Assembly (NCBI GenBank): GCA_012295275.1
Contig: CM022677.1
Span: 20,336,001 to 20,400,000, forward strand
From: Chrysomallon squamiferum
Taxonomy: Eukaryota > Animalia > Mollusca
Direction: 5' to 3'
Length of the DNA stretch: 64,000 nt
Shown: one piece after another, positions 61,828 to 64,000 of the stretch
How positions within the stretch are numbered: position 1 is the first letter of the stretch
How the letters are laid out: every line of letters starts with the position of its first letter
Notes under the pieces: generated by a model
What the model was told of the DNA's origin: nothing
Database searches by the model: none
What the model saw: the letters and a program-made list of their open reading frames with translations, nothing else
Position numbers and translations under genes: made by a program

Positions 61828-63329
61828 AGCAATAATATTAATAACAATAAAAGTAATAAATATATATGTGTGTGTGTGTGTGTGTGTATATATATAAAGT
61901 AAATAAAAAATAAAAAAACAAATGGATGGGAGCTCACTTCTAGTGGTTGATTGTGTATCAGTTAGCAGGGGAACAACTGGCTTTGCCAAATGACAGGCTA
62001 GATGCAGCAGGCATGGACTTTTATTGTTTATTTATCATCACTATATCTGTGTATGTGTTTGTGTATGTGTCTGTCCATCTCTCGGTCTCTATGTCTTTGT
62101 GAGTGTGTTTTAATACTTCTGTGTGTCTGTGTGTTTGTGTGTGTGTGTGTTGTCTGATTGTGTGTGTTTCTGTTGTCTGATTGTGTGTGTTTCTGTTGTC
62201 TGATTGTGTGTGTTTCTGTCTGCGTGTGTATGTGTTTCAAACTGTAATTAATCCTATAAAATGTGCATGTTTTTATTCGTCATTTTTGCCTGTGTTGACA
62301 AGACACTATCAACAGAGAACTTCATGTTTTTATTCAGACAAGTGTTCCATGAACTGTAAACACGGAGGAAGACCCAACAGCTTATGCACCAGCTGCTCGG
62401 GGTGTACGGGGAAGTGGACTGGAAACTTCTGTGGTAATTAGATTTATGTGTGTATATGTGTGTATGTGTGTGTGTGTGTGTGTTTCATTGTCAGGACTGT
62501 GGTTATCTAAGTGAAAATGTGTCACAAATGTGAACCGTTCACTAATATAAACAGTCCCATACAGACTGAAATAATAGTTTATTTGTAGACGATGTTTTTA
62601 CTATAGTTAGGCACAATTACTAGTTTATTTGTAGACTTTTCAATACAACAGCAGAGAGATATAATTCAGAGTTGATTTTGTAGACAGTTTGCTAGAGCAT
62701 GAAGGCCGTAGTTTATTTGTAGACTTTTCAAACAACAGATAGACATAATTAATATTTTATTTATAGACATCACTGCAGTTGGTAGCCAATTTATTGTTTA
62801 TTTGTAGACTTTTCACAAAAACCAATAGAAATAATTAATGGTTTATATGTAGATTTTTTACTTCAAAATATAGACATAATTACTAATTTATTTGTAAACT
62901 TTTAACCAAAGAGGCAGGCTTAATTAGTTGTTTCTTTGTAGACAGTTAATAGATTTTTTTGTAGAAATTTCACTACACCAGGAAGGCATACTAGTTTATC
63001 AATTTTTCACTAAAATAGACATAACAGTTTATTTGTAGACTTTGTAGACTTTTCACTAAGGTAGGTTTAATTACTAGTTTGTTTGTAGACTTTTCACTGC
63101 AATAGGTAGACACAGCTAATAGAAATTTAGAAATGTCACTACAGCATAAGTTTATTTGTGGACTTCACTAGAACAGACACTACAGTTTATTTGTAGACTT
63201 TTCTCTAGAGCAGTATAGTAATTTATTTTTCAGATAGGTGTGGTCTGCAGTGTGAGCATGGGGGATACCCCAATTCAGACTGTAACAAATGTACTAGCTG
63301 TTATGGCCACTGGGGAGGAAACACTTGTG
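22356..63329 (+). CDS. Copy B gene: LRR plus at least 47 EGF-like micro-exons, continuing past window end; frameshifted in the LRR exon as assembled
   Basis: Collinear with A, then about 17 further exons; AG/GT bounded, phase 1-1. Confidence 0.8.
25522..25620 (+). CDS. B EGF exon 1 GEKLCHLKCEHGGQADSRCSHCVCKGYWKGPTC
   Basis: AG/GT, 99 nt. Confidence 0.88.
26014..26112 (+). CDS. B EGF exon 2 DICGLACENGGSPFADCEGCLCPPGWGGSTCSQ
   Basis: ttcag|/|gtattc, 99 nt; donor less certain. Confidence 0.8.
26421..26510 (+). CDS. B EGF exon 3 RTCYHQCSEFERNSVCSKCVCEGLWNGNSC (absent in A)
   Basis: AG/GT, 90 nt. Confidence 0.85.
26711..26791 (+). CDS. B EGF exon 4 EGCDLKCPRTSSYCECNCHGRQPRNSC (absent in A)
   Basis: AG/GT, 81 nt. 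Confidence 0.8.
27701..27790 (+). CDS. B EGF exon 5 GCSLKCNHGAKPSADCTKCVCSFYLSGRYC
   Basis: AG/GT, 90 nt. Confidence 0.85.
28105..28203 (+). CDS. B EGF exon 6 EFCNLGCRNGGAANSICTKCLCTPLFMGPRCNE
   Basis: AG/GT, 99 nt. Confidence 0.85.
28827..28919 (+). CDS. B EGF exon 7 KSCKLVCKSGSSFDVQCTKCNCLGKWSGQHC
   Basis: AG/GT, 93 nt. Confidence 0.85.
29540..29950 (+). repeat. 56-bp acceptor-containing tandem repeat (7 units)
   Basis: Units end at 29593, 29649, 29705 (AG mutated), 29761, 29817, 29873, 29929. Confidence 0.9.
29930..30019 (+). CDS. B EGF exon 8 DICTLTCPPPEILTIECTCGCKLFYTGSNC
   Basis: AG/GT, 90 nt. Confidence 0.85.
30194..30286 (+). CDS. B EGF exon 9 QTCGLRCQHGGSADSSCSKCICKGFWFGKLC
   Basis: AG/GT, 93 nt. 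Confidence 0.85.
30647..30754 (+). CDS. B EGF exon 10 EICNLQNCNNRGKPILESCECWCAPEFHGPLCKFRK
   Basis: AG/GT, 108 nt. Confidence 0.85.
31319..31755 (+). mobile_element. Degenerate, internally deleted Tc1-like element
   Basis: Remnants of Tc1 motifs QQDNA (cagcaggacaatgcc) and C-terminal KANGGH (aaagctaatggtggtcat); weak TIRs cacattgtccaaaa / ttttgggcctagtg. Confidence 0.55.
31913..32056 (+). CDS. B exon 11, Gly linker plus EGF LAGEGGIMKLKGGGGAGEACRLTCKNGGRPNPQCTLCICRGSWIGASC
   Basis: tttaag|/|gtaaat, 144 nt. Confidence 0.78.
33183..33275 (+). CDS. B EGF exon 12 ENCPLVCQHGGKPNRLCSFCDCVGKWYGLEC
   Basis: AG/GT, 93 nt. Confidence 0.85.
33646..33741 (+). CDS. B EGF exon 13 EFCRVKCQHDGKTNSDCTGCRDCGAKWGGNFC
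   Basis: AG/GT, 96 nt. Confidence 0.85.
34259..34348 (+). CDS. B EGF exon 14 EICNLKCDQGRPSSDCTRCTCAGVKIGKPC
   Basis: AG/GT, 90 nt. Confidence 0.85.
34345..35160 (+). repeat. Minisatellite built on the donor motif tgtg|gtaaaaaccatt
   Basis: More than 20 tggtaa copies in ~21 and ~37 bp units; short version in A at 11890-12130. Confidence 0.88.
35517..35609 (+). CDS. B EGF exon 15 ACTLKCQNGGKPNSDCSSCEGCIGGWCGAEC
   Basis: AG/GT, 93 nt. Confidence 0.85.
35944..36039 (+). CDS. B EGF exon 16 EFCSLKCEHGGRHNAECTRCVSCSGKWSGIYC
   Basis: AG/GT, 96 nt. Confidence 0.85.
36531..36626 (+). CDS. B EGF exon 17 GTCTLRCQHNGLPNADCTSCTQCSGNWKGTLC
   Basis: AG/GT, 96 nt. Confidence 0.85.
37521..37604 (+). CDS. 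B EGF exon 18 ERCELRCQSGTSPDSQCTTCVKCYGKSC
   Basis: AG/GT, 84 nt. Confidence 0.83.
37976..38071 (+). CDS. B EGF exon 19 GGCTLQCQHGGRPNSGCTACIQCSGRWGGLRC
   Basis: AG/GT, 96 nt. Confidence 0.85.
38839..38907 (+). CDS. B exon 20, 4-Cys truncated module ERCEVRCPSGHRPDSQCTKCVRL
   Basis: atcag|/|gtatgt, 69 nt. Confidence 0.65.
39019..39114 (+). CDS. B EGF exon 21 GGCTLQCLHGGRPNSGCTACIQCSGRWGGLRC
   Basis: AG/GT, 96 nt. Confidence 0.85.
39902..39970 (+). CDS. B exon 22, 4-Cys truncated module (same as exon 20)
   Basis: AG/GT, 69 nt. Confidence 0.65.
40082..40177 (+). CDS. B EGF exon 23 (same as exon 21)
   Basis: AG/GT, 96 nt. Confidence 0.85.
40965..41033 (+). CDS. B exon 24, 4-Cys truncated module (same as exon 20)
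   Basis: AG/GT, 69 nt. Confidence 0.65.
41145..41240 (+). CDS. B EGF exon 25 (same as exon 21)
   Basis: AG/GT, 96 nt. Confidence 0.85.
42107..42175 (+). CDS. B exon 26, 4-Cys truncated module (same as exon 20)
   Basis: AG/GT, 69 nt. Confidence 0.65.
42287..42382 (+). CDS. B EGF exon 27 GGCTLQCLHGGRPNSGCTACTQCTGQWRGTLC
   Basis: AG/GT, 96 nt. Confidence 0.85.
42460..43210. repeat. Degenerate 'attatcattcacttgt' minisatellite
   Basis: Counterpart of 13930-15900. Confidence 0.88.
44040..44456 (+). repeat. ~61-65 bp acceptor-containing tandem repeat
   Basis: Repeated caacaagtctgcaggctg..caacacacattaacaagagagtttatttttatacag leading to the true acceptor. Confidence 0.85.
44457..44552 (+). CDS. 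B EGF exon 28 EICPIICQHGGQYDYRCITCIGCSNKWGGSRC
   Basis: AG/GT, 96 nt. Confidence 0.85.
44805..45310. repeat. 35-bp minisatellite
   Basis: cattgtaagatatattgacatgctagaag units; counterpart of 16980-17670. Confidence 0.88.
45545..45640 (+). CDS. B EGF exon 29 EHCTLTCQHGGRPNSQCSGCVGCSGKWGGNIC
   Basis: AG/GT, 96 nt. Confidence 0.85.
46119..46214 (+). CDS. B EGF exon 30 EYCSLRCQHGGIADSQCNKCTRCTGNWGGDLC
   Basis: AG/GT, 96 nt. Confidence 0.85.
46776..46871 (+). CDS. B EGF exon 31 ERCLLKCQHGGRCNSYCTGCTQCSGNWGGNLC
   Basis: AG/GT, 96 nt. Confidence 0.85.
47170..47720. repeat. 33-34 bp minisatellite (intronic copy without Tigger)
   Basis: gtagatcatctcaagacttgtttgaatagacat units. Confidence 0.9.
48190..49040 (+). 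repeat. ~75-80 bp tandem repeat with acceptor-like ttttgtttag|aattgt
   Basis: About 10 units ending at the true acceptor 49040. Confidence 0.9.
49041..49136 (+). CDS. B EGF exon 32 DRCTLRCQHGGRPDSQCAKCTQCYGSWGGNMC
   Basis: AG/GT, 96 nt. Confidence 0.85.
49897..49992 (+). CDS. B EGF exon 33 ERCFLTCQHGGRPDTYCSVCTGCSGKWSGRLC
   Basis: AG/GT, 96 nt. Confidence 0.85.
50816..50911 (+). CDS. B EGF exon 34 EHCGLSCQHGGRGDSQCSRCIGCTQYWGGTMC
   Basis: ttcag|/t|gtaata (weak donor), 96 nt. Confidence 0.75.
50985..51290. repeat. ~25-bp minisatellite ttctaagaacgtatcttaataatac
   Basis: About 12 degenerate units. Confidence 0.85.
51321..51411 (+). pseudogene. B exon 35, frameshifted EGF exon
   Basis: 91 nt; two apparent 1-nt deletions; in-frame TGA; splice sites intact. 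Confidence 0.75.
51540..52820. repeat. 43-bp minisatellite ggaacaattatataacagtgtaattttaatagttttaatacta
   Basis: Period 43 (52363, 52406, 52449). Confidence 0.92.
53616..53711 (+). CDS. B EGF exon 36 GTCVVRCQHNGVHNSLCTGCIECSGQYGGTYC
   Basis: AG/GT, 96 nt. Confidence 0.85.
54218..54313 (+). CDS. B EGF exon 37 ETCTLKCMHGGIANVYCTSCIQCSGLWSGNLC
   Basis: AG/GT, 96 nt. Confidence 0.85.
55466..55561 (+). CDS. B EGF exon 38 ETCGVRCQHGGRVNSQCTGCTGCPGKWGGSMC
   Basis: AG/GT, 96 nt. Confidence 0.85.
55572..56180. repeat. (CATA)n/(CA)n compound microsatellite
   Basis: Direct inspection. Confidence 0.95.
56441..56536 (+). CDS. B EGF exon 39 ERCTLNCKNGGRPNSQCTECTHCSGKWGGILC
   Basis: AG/GT, 96 nt. Confidence 0.85.
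56988..57161 (+). repeat. 28-bp tandem repeat, each unit ending in a ttcag acceptor
   Basis: AG at 56993, 57021, 57049, 57077, 57105, 57133, 57161. Confidence 0.9.
57162..57257 (+). CDS. B EGF exon 40 DACNLRCPQGANADYTCTKCSNCPGKWGGRLC
   Basis: AG/GT, 96 nt. Confidence 0.85.
57876..57971 (+). CDS. B EGF exon 41 DTCTLQCLHQGTPDSKCQRCGGCSGKWSGLVC
   Basis: AG/GT, 96 nt. Confidence 0.85.
58179..58274 (+). CDS. B EGF exon 42 EVCSLVCHHGGMPNSACTKCISCSGKWSGNQC
   Basis: AG/GT, 96 nt. Confidence 0.85.
58941..59036 (+). CDS. B EGF exon 43 DVCGLSCLHGGSANDFCTQCIGCNANWIGERC
   Basis: AG/GT, 96 nt. Confidence 0.85.
59781..59876 (+). CDS. B EGF exon 44 ETCGLQCLHGASPDTSCRRCSNCPENWTGTKC
   Basis: AG/GT, 96 nt. 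Confidence 0.85.
61172..61267 (+). CDS. B EGF exon 45 DVCSLNCQHGGKSNSACTSCEGCHGAWGGKLC
   Basis: AG/GT, 96 nt. Confidence 0.85.
62338..62433 (+). CDS. B EGF exon 46 DKCSMNCKHGGRPNSLCTSCSGCTGKWTGNFC
   Basis: AG/GT, 96 nt. Confidence 0.85.
62570..63233 (+). repeat. ~40-45 bp degenerate repeat of acceptor-like agtttatttgtag|acttttc
   Basis: About 15 units running up to the acceptor at 63233. Confidence 0.82.
63234..63329 (+). CDS. B EGF exon 47 DRCGLQCEHGGYPNSDCNKCTSCYGHWGGNTC
   Basis: AG/GT, 96 nt. Confidence 0.85.
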
Positions 63330-63782
63330 GTAAAAACACTTTATTTTAAATACATTTTTTTATTTAAATCATTATTAAAAATAGTGTTACTATTATTACA
63401 ATGACTCTCACAAGTGTGATATTATTATTTTATTTATTCATAAGACATTTTCATTTTTCCGTTATTGATATTATTAACATTTTATTCATTCGTAATATAT
63501 TTTTATTTCGTCGTTAGTAATATTATTATTAACATTTTTATTTATTGATAATATTCTTTTATTTAATCATTATTAATATGATCGATATTATTATTATTAT
63601 TAGTTATGATTGTGATAACTATTAACATTTTTGATATCATTATGATCATTATTATTGTTATTATCATTTTCAAGATCATGATAATTATTATTTTATTGCT
63701 GTTATTGGTGTTATTGTTGTTATTATCATTCGTCAATAATAATAATTTTTATTATTATTAACTATTATTATTATCATTGTTA

Positions 63783-63826
<44 letters not shown>

Positions 63827-64000
63827 CATCAGCAGCAGCATCATTGTATAGCTCTGTCAGTTTTGTGTCTCTGTGTACATCTGTCCATCCATCTATATGT
63901 GTGTGTGTCAAGATAATATTTCAGTGTTTATTTTATCTGTAATCATGTATGTTTTAATTTAATATTTTTATTTTCCAGTTAAAATACACAACAATTAAAC

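Noticed and set aside
33646-63329. CxxCxxC as ferredoxin or radical-SAM Fe-S motifs, or a metallothionein gene
   Set aside because: Signal peptide and extracellular EGF-like context (xHGG, WxGxxC) favour disulfides; kept only as a side test
2360-63329. Assigning a gene symbol (SLIT, MEGF, TLR, vasorin)
   Set aside because: Domain number, Cys spacing and the missing C-terminus do not match any of these convincingly

Overview
AT-rich, microsatellite-dense eukaryotic DNA. Composition and gene style suggest an invertebrate, plausibly a mollusc or cephalopod (inference). The whole window is one + strand locus of tandem copies of a gene for a secreted or cell-surface protein. Each copy has one large exon encoding a signal peptide, LRRNT, about 9 LRRs and LRRCT, followed by a long array of symmetric phase 1-1 micro-exons, each encoding one Cys-rich EGF-like module. 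Copy A (~0.7-18.8 kb) has an intact LRR exon, 16 module exons (one frameshifted) and 2 dead exons, and is 3'-truncated. Copy B (~20.5 kb to beyond the window end) has a 1-nt frameshift in the LRR exon and at least 47 module exons, including a recent 5x tandem two-exon cassette and one frameshifted exon. The first ~700 bp repeat the A/B junction (34-bp satellite plus Tigger/pogo element), implying another copy upstream. Many intronic minisatellites are built from the splice acceptors or donors themselves. Exon calls were read by hand from AG/GT sites and Cys spacing; no transcript evidence is available, and no stop codon, TM segment or last exon is seen. Nearly all other ORFs in the track are repeat artefacts.
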